In this document: piece after piece, positions 27,322 to 37,975 of the stretch | How positions within the stretch are numbered: position 1 is the first letter of the stretch | Layout of the letters: every line of letters begins with the position of its first letter | Source of the DNA: Octopus bimaculoides | Lineage: Eukaryota | Direction of reading: 5' to 3' | NCBI RefSeq assembly: GCF_001194135.2 | Contig: NC_068999.1 | Location: forward strand, 14,080,226-14,118,956 | DNA: 38,731 nucleotides | Made by a program: the position numbers and the translations under genes | Notes under the pieces: model-generated | What the model was told of the DNA's origin: nothing | Seen by the model: the letters and a program-made list of their open reading frames with translations, nothing else | Database searches by the model: none

Positions 27322-27562
27322 CATGAAGCGTAGTGGTTAACGCAGGCTAGTAAACACAAGATTCCGAGTTCGATTCCAGGCAGTGCCCTTTATAATCATA
27401 ACAATAACAACATCAAAAACTACCTTAGGAATGAGAACCCAGGTCCAAACTTTCCCCAAGACAACTGATGATAGCTGGAGGTTATGCCAGCCAAAACGTT
27501 GCGTTAACAACAAACAAGATGGGGACACATATCCGTCAAATATAAACAATGTAAAAAATAAC
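27322..27562 (+). mobile_element. tRNA-headed SINE with hammerhead-like motif in its 3' body
   Basis: A-box-like GCGTAGTGG (27328-27336), B box GTTCGATTC (27368-27376), CTGATGA (27465-27471), stem GCTGG/CCAGC, AAAACGTT in place of GAAACGTT, A-rich tail. Boundaries approximate; no TSD found. Confidence 0.68.
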
Positions 27563-27564
27563 AT

Positions 27565-28133
27565 CGTCAAAGATATTACAAATTTAGGGCATGTTTGGTT
27601 CTTATATCAGCGAAGGTTTAAGCTGATGTAACTGTCTTATTAGGGGACGTCATCTTAGTCACAGCACGCGGGATAAAATGCGTCAAATAACAAGATATTC
27701 GGTGATATTGGATAATTCCAAGAGCAATATCGAGGTTGTCTTTGTTGGTTGCATTTGGAGATATTCCTGGTCTGGGATCATCTTCCTCCCTCTCCCTGCC
27801 ACGCCTGAATTCATTTACCCAGTATTTGGTTGTTGCATATCAAGTAGCATTGTCTGTTAACGTTCTCACCATATCTGCATGGATTTCTGATGGAGTCATG
27901 CCTGTCAAATGAAGGTATTTTTGACTGCATGATACTCAGTTTCTCTATTTTCCTTGCAACCTCGAAACATGTTGATGCAAACCTGTGCAAAAAAAAAGAA
28001 ATAAAAAAAATCAGAATCATGAAAATAAGAAGAATAGACCCAAAATGCTGTACTTACTAGAACAAAAGATTGTTTCAGCTACCTAACAGCACCGTTTCTA
28101 GGTTAGGCTCAAAATTGTTCATACTCCCCTCGT
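27565..28133 (-). mobile_element. Mariner transposon relic (5' TIR plus transposase N-terminus), probably irritans subfamily
   Basis: 27920-27714 translates KYLHLTGMTPSEIHADMVRTLTDNAT*YATTKYWVNEFRRGREREEDDPRPGISPNATNKDNLDIALGI, a mariner paired-like HTH. Downstream FIPRAVT resembles the WVPxxLT linker. Terminus (-) CACGAGGGGAGTATGAACAATTTTGAGCCTAACC at about 28134-28101 resembles CGAGGGG-type irritans TIRs. The lower boundary is uncertain. Confidence 0.85.
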
Positions 28134-29273
28134 GTCTATATATATATGTATATATNNNNNNNNNNNNNNNNNNNNNNNNNNNNNNNNNNNNNNNNNNNNN
28201 NNNNNNNNNNNNNNNNNNNNNNNNNNNNNNNNNNNNNNNNNNNNNNNNNNNNNNNNNNNNNNNNNNNNNNNNNNNNNNNNNNNNNNNNNNNNNNNNNNNN
28301 NNNNNNNNNNNNNNNNNNNNNNNNNNNNNNNNNNNNNNNNNNNNNNNNNNNNNNNNNNNNNNNNNNNNNNNNNNNNNNNNNNNNNNNNNNNNNNNNNNNN
28401 NNNNNNNNNNNTATATATATACACCCACACACACACACACACGCACACACACGCACACACACACACATATATATATATAACTAGATAGATAGATAGATAC
28501 CTAATCACATAATTTGCTTCTACTCTGCAATTAATCTGAAAAATAATTCTAAGATGTATTTCGCGTCTCTATTTCTTCATCACAATCTCCATATCTTCAT
28601 CGATTTCCGCAAAATTACACGAACGCCTCTGATCTCAGTAACGGATTCTAAGGAAGCAATTTGGAAGTGAATTAATCATACTATTTTAATAGTCAATGAC
28701 TCTAATTAATAAAGACGACCAATACATGCATTGCTTGAAGCATAGACGGAATACGGAGGGTAACATGTCATTTCAAATCAAAACAATAAGCCGTAATATA
28801 ACTGCATTTAAGCATCTTGTGCAACACAAAATATCATCATTTAGTTTATACTAATTTGTAAATTATATTTATTCATGTGTCTGAAATTTCATTTTACATA
28901 TATCCGTGCATAAATGTATAATTATTTAAATATCTATCTGCATATGTATAACGCTATCTATCTTACCACCGTTCTATAAATGAATGTATATATAAATAGT
29001 CTGGAAACTGTATTTCAATATCCGAATATTTCCTGTATTACAAAAGAAAGTTAGCACAGAATAGCTTATAACTTTATATTGGTTCCTAATCATCCTGACA
29101 GGAAATAAATTTATATAGATTTCACAGATATTAAATACAATATAGTGTGAGAATTTGATTTTCATATTTCAAGTGGTATCTCTAAGAATTTTCATAATGT
29201 TTTCTGTCGGTTATTACTGGCGTGCTCTCTATTGTCGTGGATTATTGAAGCAAGAAGACCTTCATTTCTAGAA

Positions 29274-29274
<1 letters not shown>

Positions 29275-29319
<45 letters not shown>

Positions 29320-29476
29320 ACACAAATACACACACACACACACACCCACACATATANNNNNNNNNNNNNNNNNNNNNNNNNNNNNNNNNNNNNNNNNNNN
29401 NNNNNNNNNNNNNNNNNNNNNNNNNNNNNNNNNNNNNNNNNNNNNNNNNNNNNNNNNNNNNNNNNNNNNNNNNNNN

Positions 29477-29520
<44 letters not shown>

Positions 29521-29640
29521 GCATTAACCCACACATACGCATACGCATTTGTATTTATATGTGCACATACAGTGCATATATATGTGTATGTACGTATATT
29601 TCTGTATACGTATGCACAATTATGTACATATAACAATACT
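29275..29640. repeat. (CA)n/(TA)n microsatellite block spanning gap 29357-29476
   Basis: Directly visible. Confidence 0.92.
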
Positions 29641-29759
29641 TGCGTGTGTGTATATATAAAACGATATGGAGAGATGTAAGTATATGTAGACAGTATATTC
29701 TAAAACAATATTTGTCTTCAAATAGGACTGCATATTCATTGATATATTATCGCGTGCAC

Positions 29760-32330
29760 TTAAATCAGAATGTTTAAAATGGAAATCACTAACTTCCTAT
29801 GAAAGTGTCCATTTTACTTAATGGAATTAGCTGCATTCCTATAATCTTCCAAGTCTAACGGTCCTCTGCTCTAGAGCAGGTCTTGTCAATGTGAACCTTC
29901 TCCAGCAGTCTCTGTAAGACTTGGAATGGTCCGTACCCTCCCTTGTTGCCTTTTTATTAGATTATCGGAACTTCAGGTTCCATGACAATACATAGTAGTT
30001 TCCCTTTACCTTATTCAGGAAGATGAATATGAATTTTGAACTCAAAATATAGAGAACCGGAAGATATACTGGGACCGCCCAAAAGAATAGGCTACGAATC
30101 ATCTCAATTTTCTGAATAGTATATATATAATTCTGTTAACCACATATCCTTATTTGAGAGAGCCCACGTATACAACAGAATCCACAGGATAACCCGCATG
30201 TTTTCACCTGTACATATTTATATGATCTAATATTATTTGCTTGTACATTTTGATTTCGACATTACCTATAGTTTCTCCCTCTCAGAACTTGGTTTTTATG
30301 GAGGAGTAGAACTTAATGTTATTGCCAGATGTTTATTACACTTGAATAAATATTGAGTTGTCGTTTAAGTAAGACAAACAAAAATACAGGTTACTTTTTG
30401 CATAACTCGACGAAATAGGATGACTTTCCCCGTAATTTCTGTTTTTTTTAGATGTTCCTTGAGATGTCGTTCTTCTCAATATGAGTATATTCAGTCCTAC
30501 TGACGTAGAATAAAATGCAGGAAGAGCAAACTCACATGACTTCATGTTTGATGTGCACCTCTGTGTTGAAGTGCCACTTCGGTCTTCTTCACTACTTTGA
30601 GAACTTATATATGATGGTGTAAAGGAGTATGTGAATTCTTGTAATACTGACATCTGGCATAGTAAATAATAACGTTAGGGGATGTCTCTATATATCAGCA
30701 TAGAAACTCTATTTTCTTTAAACACCATAAAATAAGGTTTCAAATGCGGGCCTGCACAGGAAAGCGAATAGAATGCTGAATAGGTTTGGAAAGCACGGAT
30801 GATATGACAAAGAATCCTGAAATTTCAGGTTGAGGGGTCAATAAGTTTAACGATGTCATTCTATGCATCGATCCTCGTTTAAATGTAAGGGAATATGATG
30901 ATGACAAACCTTTCAAATCTTCGAAGGCCATCTTGGGGTGAAAGAAAGTAATGATGAATGGATGCCGGCAGTCTTTGCCGTTTCTTGTAGTTTTGCAAGA
31001 AGATCATGTAAAATAGGAAGTGATCTGTCTTGTCAGTGCTCTGGAAATTAGCGATTTAGCGAACGGAGAACTTCGCAAAAATTCAATGCAAAGAGCAACT
31101 CATCCTGTTCCCACAATCAAAAGTGACCTCCTTGTTTTTCCCCATAGTGATGATGCTTGTTCTCACGGCAGGAGGTTGTGCAGTTGGTGTAATAGATTGG
31201 TCACTTGAGAGAGTTGACGGTATGAACCATTTTTGGTTCTTTGCAATTTGAAAGAAAATCAGTGGCTGTATTCACCTTACAGGGAGGAAGCAATACAAGT
31301 AGATCGTCCATCACTGTCAAATAATTCTCGGCTTGAAACTATTTTTAATAGATTTTTTTACGAACTGCTCAAAAATCTATCAGCTTTTTGTAATTGATGA
31401 TCTCGCATTTTACACATCTTATATGCATCATCTACCTTATATTAACCATCCCATAAATGAGTGAATGTTTTTCTTTGGTTGCTCTTTTACCCTTTCATAT
31501 ACGCCACGTATGAAATCTTTATCAGATGATTGAATTCTTTCGGAAAGTAGTTGGTAATTATCATTGGCACACCATTTGAAAGGTTCATATACCTTACTCA
31601 TTATGTTGTTACGGCTTGCTAAGTTTTCCGCCTGACTGTGGGAGCTCTTACTTTCTAGTAGCACACATGAAATCTTCCTTGAACTTGATTTAACCCACTT
31701 CAGATCTTTTTCTCTTTACATCTTCAGTCATTGAGTGCATTACAGCTGGTGTCACCTTGAGCTGAATCTTACATCATTTTTCCATGACTATCAGTTGACA
31801 TCACAGAGCGGTTACCTTCAAACGACCCGATAAATTTCATCAATTTCACGGCATGTCTTTCGGTGGCACTACTTAACTAGTATTTTCGTAGAGTGCAACT
31901 TTGGATTCACTGAATCTTACTTACAACAGCAGAATGTGGTGTGCATGTAGACCAAGTGATCTTCTCCCGCTGTAATCGTCATCCACTCACACGTTTTAAT
32001 AACCAAGTACCAATTCATGTTTTTGGTTTGAGGTTATATGAATTGTCATAGATATCTGAGCGAAGAATTACACTTTTGTCTTGTGCAGAAATTGTGGTGG
32101 TGTCAACGACACAATCAATGTTGACAGATACATGAAATGTTTAGAGGTAAACAAGAAAATTGAAGAAAGATCCAACTTAACAGGGCTTCATTAACATCAG
32201 CAGCAATGTTGCGATTTCTTCTTTTCCATCGTGCTTTCCCTCTCCATACATCTGAATTTGTCTAAAGAAAGTGTAAGTGACAGAAGTGTAGTGGTTACGA
32301 GAAGGAATTGGGTTGTGTGCCCTTTTGTTT
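29760..32330 (-). pseudogene. Heavily decayed coding-derived region, possibly a Mutator-like (MULE) transposase
   Basis: About 2.6 kb free of microsatellites and apparently less AT-rich. Protein-like fragments across frames: HAVKLMKFIGSFEG...SHG (31855-31790), DNYQLLSERIQSSDKDFIRGVYERVKEQP (ORF 31437-31664), GGYGPFQVLQRLLEKV (29941-29894). Their order resembles invertebrate MULE-type transposases from memory only. No TIR found. Confidence 0.35.
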
Positions 32331-32495
32331 TTAACATTGTAACATTTCTAATTGGTGATTATGGCGGCAGCGTAACAGAGATGTGATCTGAATTGATCAT
32401 TAAGGTAATTGATATCTCAAATGATTTTCAAATGTAATTTTCATTAATCAAATATTCTTGTCTCACTTCATTAAATATGCTAATATTTGTTTCAG

Positions 32496-32558
32496 CTTTC
32501 CGTGATTATTACGCAAACACCTCATGTGTGTGGACCACAAATAATTCATCGAGAAAAG
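32496..32558 (+). CDS. Candidate 63-nt exon (unverified)
   Basis: Branch-point-like GCTAAT plus ATTTGTTTCAG acceptor, donor AAG|GTTAGT; open frames xFRDYYANTSCVWTTNNSSRK or LSVIITQTPHVCGPQIIHREK. Confidence 0.25.
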
Positions 32559-34360
32559 GTTAGTTTCCATATACATTTATTGAGGACTAAAATGCGCAGG
32601 AGCTTATTTGACGCATTTCACTCTCAGAATAAAATTTAAGCGAAAAGGAAAAGGAAATTTTAAATCAATTCATTGAACACTCAACATATTCACCACTATT
32701 ATATCCTTAGAAAATTGATGGAAACATTTCGTTCATAAATTGCAAGTACGAAATTCCGAGATATTTCTGCAGGGGTCTGAGAGGAAGAAAAGACTAGCAA
32801 GCCATCAAATACGGAAGATACATTTCAGGAACGGGATGCTATTTCCGTATATATTTAAAACGGAAAAGTCACCTACTTATCCACATATAGGCAGACACAA
32901 ATCTATACAATTTTATATTACCATCATTCACGCTGTCTATAATTGTTCATAGTTCACCACACATATATACAGACATGCGTACATTTAATTACGCATATAT
33001 GTTTTCGTATGAATATAAACATGTCAGTGTTTTGAAGAATAGCGCATAAAGTGTGATGTGGAACATATAAGCAAAGGAAATATGAAACAATTTTGCGTTA
33101 AGTCCCCACCAGCCTTTGCCAGCATCTTTTATATTTAGGAATTCATTCATAAATAATTTCCAATGCCAACGCTTTTGATCACATTGACTTGATTAGTATA
33201 GGTAGCTGATTACAAATAACATATCACTCGAATCTTTCTATAGAAGTTTTTTTTCATTTCTTCAAGTTTACTAAATCACACTGCTGTGTAAAAGCGAATT
33301 GTCTTCCAGCTGAGGTTAATATTTAATTGTATATTTTATTGTTGTGCATTCTTTTGTCTAATGAATACTACTGATAATAAAAAAGGAAAATACGTAAAAG
33401 AGAATAAAGCAACAAAACATGGCATAATTACAGAGAAGAGTTAGCAGCCATATTATCAAGAAAACAATTTTAGTGATTTGATCAGTAAGTAGCGACCTCA
33501 TCGCAAGATATTTCTGCAAATTATTTTATTATTCACACAGAAATTGAAGATTACAGTAAGAAATGCGGGCGCACAGATACGCACACCCATGAACAAACAC
33601 ATACACGCCCAAGTAAACACACTAAGCCGCAAAAACACAAACGTATACACACATACATACACACTAACCAAACATACACATAAATACTTATATCTGTATG
33701 CGTTTGCATGTGGGTAATATACATTTAATCTCTACTCTTGAATTCAAATATGTTGTGATATGATATGGGCATATGTGCGTATACACGTTCACACATTACA
33801 TACATGTATGTGTGTGTGTGTGTGCTTTGCACAAACAAAGATATATATTTATATAATTTCACAAGTATATGTATATTTGTGAGCATGAATGCATACATAT
33901 ATGCGTACGTACTGTAAATACTTATATGTAACTAAACCGTTTTAGCGATGCGACAAGTTCATAATCAACGAATGTTAAATCAAAACTGAATTGGATACCG
34001 TAGTATTCCGTGTGTTCCAATGTTATAATAACTAATGTGTGTCAACTGCTAAACAATTTTCTGACATATTTGCAAACCATTATGAAATTACTCCGTACAC
34101 CGATCCGTCAAAAGTTACAATCGTACATGTAGGTGTAAAGATAATGAAGTTAGAATGAAACATCCTGAAATAGCCGTGTTATAATTGGCTAGAAAACGTA
34201 CTAGCATGCACGATAAGTAGACACATGTATATATACATGCATGCATTTACACATGGACATATAGCTGTGTTGGTATTAGATTATTGGATACGTTTAACAT
34301 TTTATTGTGTAGAACGTGTACATAAATTATCGAATTTTCTCACAAGCCGGTGCGTTATTG

Positions 34361-34492
34361 GTTTGAAATTTTGACACAAGGGAAACAAGTTCAGGGGAGT
34401 GAATACGTCGATTACATCGATTCACAGTACTCTATTTGTACTTACTTTATCGATCCCAATTGGATGAAAAGCAAAGCTGACCTCGGTGTGTT
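34361..34492 (-). mobile_element. 5'-truncated family A SINE
   Basis: Reverse complement reads CCGAGGTCAGCTTTGCTTTTCATCC...GGATCGATAAAGTAAGTAC...TCGATGTAATCGAC...GTCAAAATTTCAAAC. Confidence 0.78.
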
Positions 34493-34546
34493 GATTGTGT
34501 GTAAGTATGTGCGCGCACACACATATAGGATAATGTATATAAATAC

Positions 34547-34918
34547 AGGCGTAGGAGTAGTTGTGTGGTAAATAGCTTGCTTACGAACCACGTGGCACAT
34601 TGGGAAAGTGTCTTCTACTATAACCTCGGGCTGAACAAATATGTTTGAGTGAGTTTGGTAGGCGGACAACTAAAAGAAGCACGTCGTATACATGTTTATA
34701 TGTTTGTGTGTCTGTGTTTGTCTCTCCAACATCGTTTGACAACCTATGGTGGTGTGTTTACGTCCCTGTTACTTAGCAGTTCGGCAAAAGTGACCAATAT
34801 AATAAGTACTAGGCTTACAAAGAATGAGTGCTGGGGTCGATTTGCTCGACTAAAGGCGGTGCTCCAGTATGGATGCAGTCAAATTACTGGAACAAGTAAA
34901 ATAGTAAAAAAGAGTAAA
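34547..34918 (+). mobile_element. Near full-length family B SINE with B-box deletion
   Basis: Head AGGCGTAGGAGTAGTTGTGTGGTAA, CORE-like GTGGCACATTGGGAAAGTGTCTT, short internal TG tract, 3' body CTGGGGTCGATTTGCTCGACTAAAGGCGGTGCTCCAG, A-rich tail. Confidence 0.85.
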
Positions 34919-35063
34919 TAAATAAATATATATGTGTGCGTGTGTGTAAGTGTATCTATATATACATACATGCACACATGTATTTATATAAATACATGTA
35001 TTAAATATGTACACATGTGCGTATGTGTGTATGTGTGCATGTGTGTGCGTATGCATATGCATA

Positions 35064-35530
35064 CATTTTATCTTCCATGACTTTCTTGTGTCACTCAATA
35101 GATTGCTGCAATGCCGGGACAGCACCAAGAAGAATTTTGTTCATGCAATGAACTGATCCCAATGTTTCCTTATTTTAAGACCTACTACTTGTACTCTTCG
35201 TCTTTTAACGAACCGCTACTTTATGGAAGCGTAGATAAACCAATACTGGTTGTCAAGTGGTGGTGGGTGATAAAGACAGATGGAAACACATATAAACATT
35301 TACACACAGCCACACGCGCAGACACACACAAAGACATGCATGCACTCACATGCAAGCGCGTGCACATGTATTTAAACCGCGGGTTTCTCTTTGTTTCCGT
35401 CTACCAAATCCACTCTCGAGACTTTGGTAGGTCCGAAGTCGTTGTACAAATAACTGGCCCAATGTGCCATGCAGTTGATCTGAAACCGGTATGTTGTAAT
35501 TGAGAAGCAAGCTTCTTACCGCACCAGCAT
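35064..35530 (-). mobile_element. Full-length, diverged family B SINE
   Basis: Reverse complement reads GGTAAGAAGCTTGCTTC...CCGGTTTCAGATC...GGCACATTGGG...GTGGATTTGGTAGACGGAAAC, then an internal (TG)n tract (about 35285-35375), then CACTTGACAACCAG...GTAGCGGTTCG... and a tail. Confidence 0.8.
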
Positions 35531-37381
35531 CGAAATGAATACTGATGGACGACAACCGAATTGTGAACAGTTACGACAAATGTTTCATCGATACAGCTTG
35601 AAATCTATTTCAGACGGTGCTCTTTTATAATTACCATAATGTTTGCTTCTACTGTTTGAACGGTACATATTTGAAATACAGGTAGATAAACGATAATAAA
35701 ACAGTGTGATGCAGTTGAAATATACCTGTCTGCAGAGCTGTATTTCTGCACAATCTGAATCAATAAGTGCTCGTAGCGTAGGTAATAGAGCTACAAAAGA
35801 GGTCATTTTGTCTCACAATAGTCTTTTAGCACATATGTATTATGTAAACATATACACACAAACCCGTGTATAATAAATGCATGGATATATACACATACAA
35901 ACATGTGTCTATCTATATATTTATCTCCCTCTATATATGTATATGTGTATATATATATAAATTATATGTGTGAGTGCGTGTGTGTGTGTGTGTGTGCATA
36001 CATGCCTGCCTACATGTGTAAATATAAATATATATATATACCCACACGTCCTTATATATGTGTATGGTCATTGAATAGTTAAATAGGTAATAGGTTAAAC
36101 ATTATCTAAGAATGGGATACAGCGTATGATTACAACTGACAGCTCTTCTTCCACGTTAACAACCTTTGCGCACGCAGAGTTCATGAATTATTCGTTCCCA
36201 GTCTGGAAATCAATATTTCCGTATTAGTTTATATGAAGAGTAAAATCGCATAAATCTAGAAGCGAAAGAACAATGCGGTACCTTTTAAATATTAGTAGTA
36301 GAATGAAAGGATATGACAATATAGGAAGACTTGAATATAGGAAAAAGGAAAACGATTATTCACGTAAAACGTATATTCTCTTACTACAAGCACTCTTTTC
36401 GAAATTATTATGTATCAGAAAGTAGAAAGATGGCATCGTATGAATGCATAACGATAAACACAATACCAGGAAAAATTTGCTGTACACTATGTAGACGTTA
36501 TTATATATTGTTGTGTTTGGGGAGGGTCATTCTCTTTTAGTGATAAAAAAGGTGAGATAGCACGGGATTTATGGTAAATGAAATTGTTACAATATTTATA
36601 AGAGGAGCAGGAAAACGGAGGCAACATATGTAGAGACATTATTTAAGTGCTACTTCCCATGCATTGGTTCTTGTCACTTCTGTGCTAGTTTGTGTGTCTG
36701 TGTATGCGCGTGCGGGCGTGTGTGTACATGGCTTTTAATTCGATCAGTCTTTGGGTTGACGGGAAAGAGTCTGATGCAGATGAAATACTGTTCTGTTGCA
36801 TAATCAACATAGGTGCGCGGTTGTCTATATAGGCGGTAGCGATATGTCACATGTGAAGGTCAGCTACCATTAGGGTACTATATAATATTTATCAGTGCTC
36901 ACGTGCTTGGAATTCATTAAAAGATTCTACTTCCTGTGGCAAGAATAAAAGAGTTCACTTATTTTGGTGAACACTGTGAGATGGTAGAATAAGTGTAGCC
37001 TTTCGCGGAGAAACTGTGGGTACTGCACATATAGAAAATCCGACGTAGATAGATTTGTTGCAGATGAGATTAGTAATCTCTATGCGATTACGAGAAGCCT
37101 TCCAGGAACCCGTTGCCGACGGCAAGGGTATTTTAGCGAAGAACGGTTTTGATGTATGCTACCTTCCCTGAAACCAAAAGCGTCATTAAAAAAATAAAAA
37201 AATAAAAATATGTTTGAATATTGCCTTTCCAAGGACAAAATGATTGGAACCTGCCCTGGGCATGCTATCATAAGGATAGCTGACAACATTTTGTTAAACT
37301 ATTAATTTCAAATGAATTACATAGCAAACATTTAAGACACCTTTACCTAAGTGATCATGCTTTATTCAGTTTATGCGGAAT

Positions 37382-37383
<2 letters not shown>

Positions 37384-37418
<35 letters not shown>
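37384..37418. repeat. Poly(A) tract, 35 nt
   Basis: Directly visible; no recognisable retroposon body or TSD attached. Confidence 0.95.
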
Positions 37419-37420
<2 letters not shown>

Positions 37421-37928
37421 AACGCCCTGTAGGATTCAAATATTACCTGCACAAATATCCGCAAGGAATATCAGAGTCATCACTCGTGCCCACATATTTT
37501 AGCAAACAATTCTCTCATGTTTAAAATCTATACATATCAATCAAAACCGAGCGGTACTTTTACGTCATGGGCTGCACATATAATTGTCAGAAAATACATA
37601 TTTTTTATCTAAAGTTACTTATACATTTTACTTATAAGTGTTCTTTATAGCTACGTCATATTTTCCTATGATATACTTGGAAGAATATTGGAGGGAAACC
37701 AACTAAAAACCAATTTTAGGTTCTGGTTGAATAGCTCCCAGATGCAACCACTTTTGCAGATAATGAAATATATTTTATTTTAAGGCCTTACACTTCAATA
37801 TATACGTGTATGTGCTTTGTAGATATGTGTGTATATCAATGACAAAACTTCCCAGGAACGCATGCATATGGGTGTGTTCAAATATACAAATATATTTGTG
37901 CATGAGTATGTATATTGTGTGTTTGTTA

Positions 37929-37930
<2 letters not shown>

Positions 37931-37970
<40 letters not shown>
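37931..37970. repeat. (TA)n microsatellite
   Basis: Directly visible. Confidence 0.95.

Positions 37971-37975
<5 letters not shown>

Noticed and set aside
36826-36865. TATA-like TATATAG, E-box palindrome TCACATGTGA and Inr-like TCAGCT as a promoter
   Set aside because: Spacing about 36 nt with an imperfect Inr; such short motifs are common in AT-rich DNA.
37384-37418. Poly(A) tail of a retrocopy
   Set aside because: No upstream AATAAA, element body or TSD identified.
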